Assembly (NCBI GenBank): GCA_951406725.2
Contig: OX597828.1
Span: 10,912,001 to 10,976,000, forward strand
Reading direction: 5' to 3'
Origin: Octopus vulgaris
Lineage: Eukaryota
DNA length: 64,000 nucleotides
A program made the position numbers and the translations under genes. Below, piece by piece: positions 27,170 through 40,519 of the stretch. The notes under the pieces were generated by a model. It worked only from the letters and a program-made list of their open reading frames with translations, did not search any database and had not been told where the DNA came from. Each line of letters starts with the position of its first letter. Within the stretch, counting starts at the first letter, position 1.

Positions 27170-27899
27170 GAGCGTTTAAAAATGTGAAATATATTAGGAT
27201 TTGCCTAATTAAATTTAAGGCATTAAATGTACACGTTTTTAATATTAGCCAAGAATATCAGAATAAATAAACATGTACCGAAATAAGAAAGAAAGATAAA
27301 AAGTATAAATTTTGGCTACCTTTTAAAAATATTTCGATTGAAAGAATCAAACAGCTTCAGGTCAATTCAGTGCGATAGTTAAAAATAATATACTAACTAT
27401 ATTAGAGAAAATATCCAATATACGTATTTGTATGTGTGTATGAGTGTGTGCGTGTGTGTGTGAGCAAGTGTGTTTGAGCACGCGTGTGTGCGTGGATGAG
27501 TGTTTGTGCTTGTATGCATGTGCGTTTATGTGTGTATCTATGAGCCTTGGGAATGAAATATTTTTGAATAAGTTAGTGTAATTACCATATAAGTTTATAG
27601 AAACAGAAGTTCAAAGAAACTCGATTTCCAAGTAACAGAAAGAAGATGGTTGGGGCAGGTTATAATATGTGACTGTTTAATATTGCTTTTAAATTTTGTC
27701 ACAAAGTAAGTAACGTTGGCGCAGGGTTAAGTCGATTACATTGATCCCAGTGATTGACTGGTACTTACTTTATCAACCTCAGTGTTCAACCGGTACTTAC
27801 TTAATCAACACCAGTGTTCAAATGGTACATATTTCATCGACCTCCAAAAGATGAATATCAAAGTCGATCATGACGGATTTTGAAATTAGAATGTACACA

Positions 27900-28089
27900 A
27901 GGCGTAGGAGTGGCTGTGTGGTAAGTAGCTTGTTTACTAACCACACGGTTCCGGGTTCAGTCCCACTGCGTGGCACCTTCGGCAAGTGTCTTCTACTATA
28001 GCCTCGGGCTGACCAAAGCCTTGTGAGTGGATTTGGTAGACGGAAACTGAAAGAAGCCCGTCGTATATATGTATATATATATATAAATA

Positions 28090-28125
<36 letters not shown>

Positions 28126-28353
28126 TGTATGTGTGTGTGTATATTTGTGTGTCTGTGTTTGTCCCCCCAACATCGCTTGACAACCTATGCTGATGTGTTT
28201 ACGTCCTCGTAATCTAGCGGTTCGGCAAAAGAAACCGATAGAATAAGTACTAGGCTTACAAATAATAAGTTATGGGGTGGATTTCGACTAAAGACGGTGC
28301 TCCAGCATGGCCACAGTCAAATGACTGAAACAAATAAAAGAGTAAAGAGTAAA
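27900..28353 (+). mobile_element. SINE family B, full length
   Basis: aggcgtaggagtggctgtgtggtaag...gagtaaagagtaaa. Confidence 0.92.
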
Positions 28354-29510
28354 GCGCATTACCCTCTTCTATAGCTATGCTCACCGCTTTAAATGACTGC
28401 TTAATACTGATTTCAAATTTTGGAACAAGGCCAGCAATTTTGAGGAGCTGTTACTTGTTTTATCGACACCGAAAGGATGAAAGTCAAGACCTTGGAGGAA
28501 TTGAACTCAGAACGTAAAAATTGAGAAAATTCTTTTTAAGCACGATGTCCTGCGTGCTAACAATTCTGAAGCTCAAAGCCTTTGATTACTTGATATTGAA
28601 AAGAGTTCTTGGTAAGATTTTTCTTAAGGTGTAGCTGTGTAATAAGAAGTTAGTTTTCCCAAGATTCAGTCCTGTTGCTAGGTGCCTTGAGAAAATATAC
28701 CCTGATCGACCAGAGTCTAGTGATTGTATATTCTTGGAGGGAAACCGAAAAAAACTCGTCGTGTCTGTGCATATATACATATATATATATATTATTCCGA
28801 AATTACAAGAGCGTTTAAAAATGTGATATATTATATTAAATTTAAGGCATTAAATATATTAGCCAAGAATATAATAAATAAACATGTACCGAAATAAGAA
28901 AGAAAGATAAAAAGTATAAATTTTGGCTACCTTTTAAAAATATTTCGATTGAAAGAATCAAACAGCTTCAGGTCAATTCAGTGCGATAGTTAAAAATAAT
29001 ATACTAACTATATTAGAGAAAATATCCAATATACGTATTTGTATGTGTGTATGAGTGTGTGCGTGTGTGTGTGAGCAAGTGTGTTTGAGCACGCGTGTGT
29101 GCGTGGATGAGTGTTTGTGCTTGTATGCATGTGCGTTTATGTGTGTATCTATGAGCCTTGGGAATGAAATATTTTTGAATAAGTTAGTGTAATTACCATA
29201 TAAGTTTATAGAAACAGAAGTTCAAAGAAACTCGATTTCCAAGTAACAGAAAGAAGATGGTTGGGGCAGGTTATAATATGTGACTGTTTAATATTGCTTT
29301 TAAATTTTGTCACAAAGTAAGTAACGTTGGCGCAGGGTTAAGTCGATTACATTGATCCCAGTGATTGACTGGTACTTACTTTATCAACCTCAGTGTTCAA
29401 CCGGTACTTACTTGATCAACACCAGTGTTCAAATGGTACATATTTCATCGACCTCCAAAAGATGAATATCAAAGTCGATCACGACGGATTTTGAAATTAG
29501 AATGTACACA

Positions 29511-29948
29511 AGGCGTAGGAGTGGCTGTGTGGTAAGTAGCTTGTTTACTAACCACACGGTTCCGGGTTCAGTCCCACTGCGTGGCACCTTCGGCAAGTGT
29601 CTTCTACTATAGCCTCGGGCTGACCAAAGCCTTGTGAGTGGATTTGGTAGACGGAAACTGAAAGAAGCCCGTCGTATATATGTATATATATATATAAATA
29701 TATATATATGTATGTATGTATGTATGTGTGTGTGTATATTTGTGTGTCTGTGTTTGTCCCCCCAACATCGCTTGACAACCTATGCTGATGTGTTTACGTC
29801 CTCGTAATCTAGCGGTTCGGCAAAAGAAACCGATAGAATAAGTACTAGGCTTACAAATAATAAGTTATGGGGTGGATTTCGACTAAAGACGGTGCTCCAG
29901 CATGGCCACAGTCAAATGACTGAAACAAATAAAAGAGTAAAGAGTAAA
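29511..29948 (+). mobile_element. SINE family B, full length (duplicate of 27900-28353)
   Basis: Same sequence with a shorter internal (TATG)n. Confidence 0.92.
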
Positions 29949-30807
29949 GCGCATTACCCTCTTCTATAGCTATGCTCACCGCTTTAAATGACTGCTTAAT
30001 ACTGATTTCAAATTTTGGAACAAGGCCAGCAATTTTGAGGAGCTGTTACTTGTTTTATCGACACCGAAAGGATGAAAGTCAAGACCTTGGAGGAATTGAA
30101 CTCAGAACGTAAAAATTGAGAAAATTCTTTTTAAGCACGATGTCCTGCGTGCTAACAATTCTGAAGCTCAAAGCCTTTGATTACTTGATATTGAAAAGAG
30201 TTCTTGGTAAGATTTTTCTTAAGGTGTAGCTGTGTAATAAGAAGTTAGTTTTCCCAAGATTCAGTCCTGTTGCTAGGTACCTTGAGAAAATATACCCTGA
30301 TCGACCAGAGTCTAGTGACTGTATATTCTTGGAGGGAAACCGAAAAAAAATCGTCGTGTCTGTGCATATATACATATATATATATATATTCCGAAATACA
30401 ACAATATATATATATATATATATATTGTTGCTATAATGCAAATGTCGTGAGTCCAAACGTTTTTTTTTCAGAAAACGTAAAAAAAGTTTCACCATTCCAA
30501 TTCTTTTTACATCAGCAACAGTTTCAGCGTAACAATAATAGTTTGTTGGGTGAATAAAATCGTGCATGTATAATATTTTCAATCAGAAATATTTTTGCAA
30601 AACTGTCGTATGTGGGACTTACTACACATTTAAAAAATGCGAAACAATTATACTAAACTTTGACAATTTTCATATCTTGGTATATGAAGCAGCTTGAGAT
30701 ACAATATTTTGACCAAAAGAACCGGATATTGCAAGCAAAAATAAATATTGGAAAAAGAGCGCATTTGGTCAAATTTGGAGAAATGACAGTTTAATATAAT
30801 AGCAACG

Positions 30808-30833
30808 ATATATAGATATATATATATATATAT

Positions 30834-30872
<39 letters not shown>

Positions 30873-30926
30873 TATAGATAGATAGATAGATACATGCATG
30901 CATGCATACATACATACATACATACA

Positions 30927-30960
<34 letters not shown>

Positions 30961-30986
30961 CGTACATACATACATACATACATACA

Positions 30987-31020
<34 letters not shown>

Positions 31021-31048
31021 CGTACATATATATGTACATACATATATA
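30808..31048. repeat. (TA)/(GATA)/(ACAT)n compound microsatellite
   Basis: Direct reading. Confidence 0.95.
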
Positions 31049-31049
31049 A

Positions 31050-32150
31050 TCTAGATAACCTAGAATACATGCCCAAAGAAGTCGCAAGACTCTACCGCAA
31101 CTTATCATCAGATGAACGGATGAGCCTATATGAGCAGAAGACTATGCATGGATATGTTAGTAGAAAGACCCTTGATGATAGTAACACTGAATCATCAAAG
31201 CAGTCTATCATGGACCAACAGCCGGATTATTACCTCCCACTTTGAAGGGTATGCGTTTGCAATCCAGGAACAGGCAATATCAACCAAGTACCTGATGCAC
31301 AAAAGGGATAGAGATGCGGGAAAAGCCGTAAAATGTGACAACCGATGCAGACATTGAGGGGTTCACACTGAAGATATTACCCACATCATAAGCAGTTGTC
31401 CGAAAATGACATCACAGTACTATCTACCGATGAAACATGACGCTGTAGCTAAGACACTCTATAATGAAATCCGCCGGAAAAATAATCCTGAGGACGAAGA
31501 AATAAGAACCCACAATAGGGTAGAAGCCATAGCCACTCATAATGAAAAGTACTACTGGGGGAACGTACCAGTGAAGACGTCAATAAAATGTAAGCACAAC
31601 AGGCCTGATATAATGATTTGGGATAGAGAAGAGAAACTGTGAACAGTTGTGGAAATTCGCTACCAGCGGATGTCAACATAGAGCTGAAAATCAGTGAAAA
31701 AGGGAACACCTATGCTGAACTATTGGGAAATCGGCAGTTACTCTATCCAGATTACAAGATCAGATTTATAACTGTAATTATTAAGGCTCTGGGATATGCA
31801 ACACACTGCCTAAATCTCGAGAAATTAAGCTTCTCAAAACCAGAAAGGAGAAAGATAATTCGAAGACTACAGATCTAGTACATTACAGGAACTGTAAAAA
31901 TCATTATCATTTAAATATATCATTTACTATTTAAATATATATGAGCATGTCAGGATATATAACTATATGCATGAGAATACGTACATAAAACATACAAATC
32001 TACACATACATACATACATACATACATACATACATACATACAAAATGATGCTGTTGATGATGTTGAAATTCCAATGAAGCAACCTTGGATCTATTTTAGA
32101 AACAGATTCTGTCTCTATTGGCATGAAATCTTGAAATAAACTGAATAATG
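31050..32150 (+). pseudogene. 5'-truncated non-LTR retrotransposon with restriction-like endonuclease (R4/Dong-like), C-terminal region plus probable 3'UTR
   Basis: MHGY motif; EGYAFAIQEQAISTKY; knuckle CRH*GVHTEDITHIISSC; KHDAVAK (RHD motif); HNRPDIMIWD...VVE (PD-D/E nuclease). Stops and frameshifts are present. Confidence 0.88.
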
Positions 32151-32939
32151 ACATACATATTAGTTTAATCTAACACAATGGAATAAAGCGTTCCCTGATG
32201 ATCCGTTGTAGATAAGTATAGAGTCGCACTTACAATATTCACTGCAGAGTTACAAAAATATAATGGTAAAATGTACGTAGGAAGAACTCATTCAAACCTG
32301 TGTTTATCGTAATTTCTTTTCCGTGCGAATGACTGTGTGAGCGTGCGTGTGTTTGTCCTGCACCTACAAATGATGCAGGTGTGTTTACCTCACTGTAAGT
32401 TGCCAGTTCCACTGATAGAATAATTACCAGGATTTAAAAAAACTCTGTTCGACTAACCATTGAAAGGGGTGCCCCAGCATGGCGTAATGAACGGATGAAA
32501 TAAATCAAAGATAAATGCAGTTTTCCATTAATAATTTTGTTTAAGGAAACAAAATTGTAAGCAAATGTCGTACAAAGCATAAACATTGATGTACGGGAAA
32601 TATAGACATTTTTGAAATAGAAATATGTTACTATGGAAACGTCTGTCTATTAATCGTTATCTAGAAGTCTAGAAAGAAAGTTATGAGATATTAGATAAGG
32701 AAAATACCCAAGTAATTTTATAAAGTTAGAATTATGAATTTAAAGACAAATGTTTGTTCATGTGGGATTATATTAAGCTGAAGTGTAGAATTAATACATT
32801 CATGTAATAAATATCTAAGATATACAACGCTGAATAAACTAGTATACAGAATAAAAAAAAAAACACCTACACGTATCCATCTGTACGTGTAAGTGTTTTC
32901 ATGTATGTTTGTGTAAGATAACGCGAAAAAACGTTCCTA

Positions 32940-33108
32940 ATACTTTATTTACATTATTTACAATTAACGATATTTCTCACTATCTTGTATATTGTTAACA
33001 CAAAGTTTCGGCTGATCTACTCTCCAGCCTTCATCAGGTGTCTTGGGGAAATTTCGAAGCTGGGTTCTCATTCCTAAGGAATTTTCCAATGTTGTTGTGT
33101 TGTTGTTA

Positions 33109-33181
<73 letters not shown>

Positions 33182-33246
33182 GGTCACTGTCTGGAATCGA
33201 TCAAAGAATTTGGGGTTAGAAGCCCATGCTCTTAACTACTACCCAT
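32940..33246 (-). mobile_element. tRNA-like head + (AAT)n + hammerhead-containing tail
   Basis: 33182-33246(-) has degenerate A and B boxes (tgggtagtagtt; gatcgattcc) and an anticodon-like arm. A hammerhead lies downstream on the same strand. Confidence 0.6.
32997..33042 (-). ncRNA. Minimal type I hammerhead ribozyme motif (cleavage triplet degenerate)
   Basis: gacac-CTGATGA-a-ggctg-gagagtagat-cagcc-GAAAC-ttt-gtgtt; 5-bp stems I and II. Confidence 0.72.
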
Positions 33247-33264
33247 ACGGCCATAAAAATGAAG

Positions 33265-33660
<396 letters not shown>

Positions 33661-34019
33661 TCATTACCCTCGTCTATAGCTGTGCCATAAAATTCCTAAT
33701 TCAAATTTCACAGAAATCATCATTGAATTTCATTTATTGAAAAAACAATAATTGCTAGTAATAAAAAAAAAATGCCAATTTTCGTTCCTAATGTGAGAAC
33801 ATGAAATAATGGAGAAGAAAATGTAACCGTGCTCTCTATTGTCCGCTATCTCCATCTGTTACCTACTAAATCGATTTATGATACTTCTTTTAATATATAT
33901 TAAGGGAAGAACAATGTCGGGCATTGTTGCAATGTAAAAACTAATGACAATATTAAACAAAAGCAAAAGATTCCACGTAGGATTTGAACCACAATTACAA
34001 TATATTATTGGTGATGGGT

Positions 34020-34248
34020 TACTCTTTTACTGTTTTACTCTTTAATTTGTTTGAGTCATGTGACTGAGGTCATGCTGGAGCACCGACTTTAGTCGAGCAA
34101 ATCGATACCAGGACTTATTCTTTGTAAGCCTAGTACTTATTCTATCGGTCTGTTTTGCCGAACCGCTAAGTTACGGGGACGTAAGCGCACCAGCATCTGT
34201 TGTCAAGCGTTGTTGGGGGGACAAACACGGACACACAAACATACACTA

Positions 34249-34312
<64 letters not shown>

Positions 34313-34505
34313 GTATATATATATATACATATACATATATACGACGGGCTTCTTTCACTTTCCGTCTACCAAATCCACTCACAAGGTTTTGGTTAGCCCG
34401 AGGTTATAGTAGTAGACACTTGCCGAAGGTTCCACGCAGTGGGACTGAACCCAGAACCATGTGGTTGATAAGCAAGCTACTTATCACACAGCCACTCCTA
34501 CGCTT
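34020..34505 (-). mobile_element. SINE family B, full length
   Basis: Reverse complement of the family consensus. Confidence 0.9.
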
Positions 34506-34861
34506 ATTTTTATTTTTATTTTTTATTTATTTAATTATTTATTTATTTTTGTGACTATTAAACTGAAGAAATCAGGAACCATTCCAGTAAAGTATTGTTT
34601 TTGGTGTGAAATCATACTCCGAATGGAATGCAAATACAGTACGATGCTCATGGTCCAGTTCCCAACTAACAGATAAATCTCATGTCAATTAACGTTGAAA
34701 TAAATTTGCCATTCTTAGTAAATGTGCAACACCGAGTTATGCTGCGTTTACCATAGGACAAGGAGGACAAAAACCTTACAAACACTGGGAGGATCGTTTG
34801 CCTGACCGACATGTTAGAAATATTAAAAACTTGTCTAAGGAAAGCTATGTTGCATGATATA

Positions 34862-35069
34862 TTTTACTCTTTTACTTGTTTCAGTCATTTTGGCCATAGC
34901 CATGCTGGAGCACCGCTTTGAATGGTTTATGGCGAACAAATCGAACTCAGGACTTATTTATTAAGCCTAGTACTCATTCTATCGTTTTGTTTTGCCGAAC
35001 TGCTACATTAAGGGGAAGTAAACACACCACTACCGGTTGTCAAAAAGTGATAGGGGAGGACAAACACAA

Positions 35070-35115
<46 letters not shown>

Positions 35116-35262
35116 GTATATATATGAAGGGCTTCTTTCAGTTTCTGTCTACCACATCCACTGAGAAAGCTTTGGTCGGCCCGAGGTTACAATAGAAGAA
35201 TTTGCCCAAAGTGCCATGTGGTTAGGATGCAAGCTCCTTACCACACAGCCACGCATGCGCCT
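34862..35262 (-). mobile_element. SINE family B (diverged)
   Basis: Reverse complement of the family consensus. Confidence 0.82.
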
Positions 35263-36425
35263 ATATATTTCCTAATAAACAAATATGACTGTAATGTATT
35301 TTACCATACATCTGCTCGATTGAGATTGGCGTGGAGCGAAGAACCATTGTTAATTAATCGCTAGTGTTCGCATAGAAAATACACATTGGGTGCTTTGAGT
35401 GAGAGCAAAAAGCAGTAAATGCATAAGACTCATTTTTTACATAGGTACAAATGTTTATTTCTACACTTTTCCACCTGTTGTGTTTTATATGTACCTCACG
35501 GGCACATATAATTGGATAATTACTACTGAATGTGATATAGAACAATATAAAACGAGTTTTATATGAAAGGGAAATTTACCCGGAATTCAACTGAAGGATT
35601 ACGCAGTAAGTAAATAGCAGCAAATAACTATACGAAAGAACCCTATAATTCGTTCTTAGAAATGCGTTCGTTTATCAATGGTCCTTAATTAATTTATGTG
35701 TAAATGACGTGGTTATGCAATATGTTAATTATAGTTCTTAGAGCGGCACAAAAAGAGGGGTAAAAGAACTATGCGCTTTATATATTTACGGGATATAGCG
35801 GAAATAATTTATTGCTTTGGGCATTCGTTTATTTCAGCACGTATTTCGCGTTGAGACTAACCGTAAGAAGTCTCATTCGAAATAGAAATTCGGTAGCTGC
35901 AATGGACGAAAAAGGATTTGCAAGTATAAATGCGTATGCTGTAAAAATGGCTTCTGGCTGTTCTAGCATCGAAAGCTGCAAAAGGCGTGTGTTGGTCTTA
36001 GTTGTGCATACTTTCATGTTATCAATGTTCATGCAACTTGTCGAAGTTTCCTCACTTCGTGCATAGAAAACGAAAGGCATGCGGGCTGTTCAACACCAGT
36101 CAAGCTGCGTTTGGCTGTTGGTTGCCGTGTTAGATGCTAAGCGAGCTGGACAGCTGTCTTAGATTTGACTGATAAGTGAGCTGTATAGCTGAAGAAAGCT
36201 GTCGTACGCTGATGGTAAAAGTGCCTCAATGGTAAATAGCTTATTCCGCTGACAACATGATTGCTTGCGGGTTCGTTCTGTGGACAAGTATCAGTGTGTT
36301 AAGAAGCGCCATTCTACAAAGAAGGCAAAGCAGACGACGCTTTAGTTGTGGATACAGGAAATAATGACTTGACTCTTACTACTATAATATTCTGCACTTT
36401 GAATAATCCGTTATCTAGGTTAATA

Positions 36426-37140
36426 AGGTGGCAAACTGGCAGAATCGCTAAGCGTCGAGAAATAATTCTTCGTGGTATTTGTTACGACTAGTTACGCTCT
36501 CAGTTCTAATCCTACTGCTGTCAACTTTGCTTCCGTCCTTTCGGGGTCGACAAAATAAAGTACCCGAATCTATTCGGTTTGAAAGGCAGTTTTTAACATA
36601 ACTTCTAGGTAAATAAAAAATTTTAAACTTCATATACTGGTAGAATGTGATTATAAAACATCTTTTTCTCTTGGCCTTAGTGAGAAAATTCTATAGTTTG
36701 TAAGATATTTGGTCTTTAATTTCTTGCATTTCGGCAATTTCAACCAATCAATGGCCGTCTATTGAGGTGAAACATTCTGTGACGTATGAATATGTCCCTC
36801 GTTTAAGAAATAGATTGGGTTTATTTACATTTGGGAAGAAAAAAAGATACCCTTCCTCCCACCCCCGATTGATTGGTTGAAATTGCTGAAATGCAAGAAA
36901 TCAAAAACCAAATATCTTACAAACTATAGAATTTTCTCAATAAAGCCAAGAGAAAAAGATGTTTTATAAACACATTCTACCAGTATACGAAGTTTAAAAT
37001 TTTTTAGTTACCTAGAAATTATGTTAAAAACTGCCGTTCAAACCGAAAAGATCCAAGTACCCTGTTAAGTACTGGTGTCGATGATATCACTTAATACCCT
37101 TTCCTAAAAATCGCTGGTCTTGTACTTAAATTTGAAACCA
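36426..37140 (+). mobile_element. SINE family A copy interrupted by a MITE
   Basis: SINE sequence stops at aagtaccc (36565) and resumes at 37055; outer direct repeat ttatctaggt. Confidence 0.8.
36566..37054. mobile_element. Fold-back derivative of the MITE (same end on both sides, no TTAGGG tract)
   Basis: Perfect TSD aagtaccc; inverted arms at ~36566-36751 and ~36870-37054. Confidence 0.9.
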
Positions 37141-38075
37141 TTATCTAGGTCACTCCGTTCTGTGTACATTCGTGACTCTGTTTTGTGGTAGTAATACATA
37201 AATGTTTAATTGAAAAATAACGGTTCGCATCCGTCTCTCAAATCCCTATCGACTTATCGACTTCATTCAAACGAAAGAACTGATAGCTGTATAACATTTT
37301 TTCTGTTGTTTCTTTGTTTCTTTTTTTTTTCTTTTTCATTCAAGAAAGTAAACAGTGTCTTCCACCGTCGCCCTAATCACAGTTAGATGTTCCACCTTTC
37401 GTTTGCTTCGTCAAGCGATAGATTGTAAAGTTTCCTATCTAGAATTGTATAAAGTGAAACTATATGTTGCTGCCCAGAAGGAATAGCTGGATACATCAAA
37501 TATATTACATTAATTTTTTTAGATGAGAAGCTTTAAAAAGACGGACAATCATCAATTTGTTCACTCTTAATTATCGTACCGAAACAATTCAAAATATCTT
37601 TAAGTTGAACTTCATGAAAATGCGCAAAAAAATATACAAAACTTTATAAAACTTTGCTTATATGTATATTTTTAATATTTTCTACAAAACATGATTTTTT
37701 TTCTTTTTTTCAGAATATTATATTAATTTACATAATATTTTATCGTTATTTTAAAATTTAATTTACTTTTTTTAGAAGATGAAAGAAAAACTCTCAACAG
37801 TCTATGAATTTCTTATAAAATGACGTACATCTATGCGAAATTTGAGAATATCTGCTACTATGCAAAATTTTAGCTAACATAATTGCTAAAGTAAAAGCTA
37901 CACACTCACACTTACATATGTGTGTGAGTGTGTGTGTGTGTGTTGATAGATAGATAGATAGATAGATAGATATAGCTATATATAGATATAGATATAGATA
38001 GATTAATTGATCGATAGCTAGACAGATAATATATATACACATATATGAGTGTGTATATACATATACATCTCTCTA

Positions 38076-38144
<69 letters not shown>

Positions 38145-38240
38145 ATATATACATAGATATATGTATACATATACATATGTGTATATATATACATAAATAG
38201 TTAGACATACATATATACACAGACACATATATATATATAA

Positions 38241-38272
<32 letters not shown>

Positions 38273-38319
38273 ACATGTGTAGGCGTGTAAGATTCCTTTG
38301 TTCGATAACTTAGTGATTA

Positions 38320-38932
38320 AGATGATAACGATGATGATAATGAGTGCCTCTGACAATACTGAGGATGGCGTTGTGGAGGTGGAGTGATGACGTCAACGGC
38401 GATGACGTCAATGGCGACGACGTTGGTTCGCCGCGTACCATAGAGATACGGATATTGTTGGTAGTTAGGTATTGGTGTTGTTACTTCTGAGAAGTAGAGC
38501 TAGTGGCACTGGTGACGGTTGAGACGGTATAGGTTGCCGTGGTGAGGGTAGCGACGCTGGAATCGGTGATGGTGGTGGAAACATTAGCGGTTTCGGTGGT
38601 GCTTGTGGTTCTCTTGTTACAAGTGCTTATAATGGTGATGATAATTAAGATGAAGGTGTAATGATGTAGATGGTTGTCAAATTGCTCTTTCTGATGTAGG
38701 TAGTGGTCGTGGTGGTAGTGGTGGTGCTCATGCTGGTGGTGCTGGTGGTGGCTTTGATGATGGTGTGGTGGTGGTGGTGGTGGTGGTGGTGGTGGTGGTG
38801 GTGGTGGTGGTGGTGATGGTGGTGATGGTGGTGATAGTGGTGGTGCTGGTGGTGCTGGTGCTGGTGGTAGTTTTTGTTGTCGTCATGGTCATAGTGCTGA
38901 GGGTATTAGTTGAGGTAGTGCGGACGATGGTT

Positions 38933-38980
<48 letters not shown>

Positions 38981-39215
38981 GAGTAGGCGACGGCGGCGAG
39001 CTGGCAGAAACGTGAACACGCCGGGTGAAATGCTTAGGAGTATTTCGTCTGCCGTTAGGTTCTGAGCTCGTTCTGAGTTCAACTTCTGCCGAGGTCGACT
39101 TACCTTTCATCCTTTCAGGGACGATGAATTAAGTACCAGTTACGCACTGGAGTCGATGTAATCGACTTAATCCATTTGCCTGCCCTTGTTTGTCCCTTGT
39201 GGGCAATATAGAAAT

Positions 39216-39277
<62 letters not shown>

Positions 39278-39440
39278 ATGGTGGTGGTGATGATTGTGAT
39301 GATCGCAGTGGTAGTAGTATTAGAAGAGGTTGTGGCTTTTTCTTTCTAATTTGTTGTTGCTGCTGCTGTAGGTGGTGGTGTTGTTGATGATAGTGTTGAT
39401 GATGGTAATCGCAGTGATGACAGCAATAGTAGAGAATCTT

Positions 39441-39510
<70 letters not shown>

Positions 39511-39770
39511 CAGTTGTGTTGATGGAGGCTGTGGTAATGGTTATGGCGGTGCTTGTAGTTGTACCGATGGTGGTGGTGGTGGTAGTGCCGTTGATATTAC
39601 AGCTGGTGGCGCAGTTGCGGGTGGTGTTGTTGACAGCATTGGTGACGAAGTTAGTGGTGGTGATGGTGGTTGGGGTGACGGTGCTGGTGGTGGTGGTAGT
39701 GGCAGCGGTGTCGGCGGCGGTGATGCTGATATATCGCGATAAAGGCTGACAACGATGTTGGCGAAGATGC
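38320..39770. repeat. (GGT)n/(GTA)n/(GAT)n triplet low-complexity field
   Basis: Direct reading. Confidence 0.9.
38991..39216 (+). mobile_element. SINE family A monomer inserted in (GTA)n
   Basis: ggcggcgagctggcagaaacg...cccttgtgggcaatatagaaata with (GTA)n on both sides. Confidence 0.88.
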
Positions 39771-39918
39771 GGCAACCGATAGTTCTATTGTTTGTCACAT
39801 CGTTATAGGTGTGACCACTTTGATAAGCTATCTGAGAAAAATGAGTTGAAAAGAAAAAGAAATGAGACACACACACACCCACACACACAAACACACACAC
39901 ACACACATACACACACAA

Positions 39919-39976
<58 letters not shown>

Positions 39977-40354
39977 AAAAAAGAAAAGAATACAAGAGAG
40001 AGAAAACTTTTGAAGGTGATCGTAAAATGTAATATTTATGGAATTTAGTCTATTATTGGTTAGTTATCTAGAAAAATTGATAAATGAATATTGTCTCTGG
40101 AGTTGACTTAGAAATATAATGACTTCAGATTCCAGCGGTAATGGGCAATAAAAATGGCCTCGCTGTTTGGGTGGGTACACCGTATTTATGTAGCTCACAA
40201 ATTTCTTTCTCTGTTAAAGCTTTAGTGATTTATATAGGTGCTGATAATTAGCCTGCTGTTATAATGAGAGAATGTAATGAGGCGTTTGACACGTCTATCT
40301 TTATGGCTAGATCGTCATATTCAAACAGAAAACAGAAAAGATGTGTGTTTATGG

Positions 40355-40388
<34 letters not shown>

Positions 40389-40519
40389 GTATTTGTATGT
40401 ATGTATGTATCATTTTCCATACATATGTATGAATGCCGTACATATGTAATGTATGTATATATGTATGTATGTATGTATGTATGGCGTTTCTGAAATTTTA
40501 GCGTCGTATAAATTCGAAA

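Larger units (their letters stand above)
27169..30402 (+). repeat. Tandem duplication of ~1.6 kb (27169-28807 and 28808-30402)
   Basis: Both copies start agagcgtttaaaaatgtga and are nearly identical, including the SINE insertions. Confidence 0.95.

Noticed and set aside
27748-27842. Three ~32-bp direct repeats resembling a CRISPR array (also at ~29358-29452)
   Set aside because: No unique spacers, eukaryotic context; it is slippage of a SINE A internal segment.
30430-30800. Possible mariner relic (TVADVKRIGMVK)
   Set aside because: Only a short, weak motif resemblance; not enough to call.
35829-36080. ORF loosely resembling a hAT dimerisation motif
   Set aside because: The similarity is too weak by eye and I found no TIRs.
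39320-39775. Thr-rich mucin-like ORF on the minus strand
   Set aside because: It lies within a triplet low-complexity field that also hosts a SINE; no clear splice or domain support.
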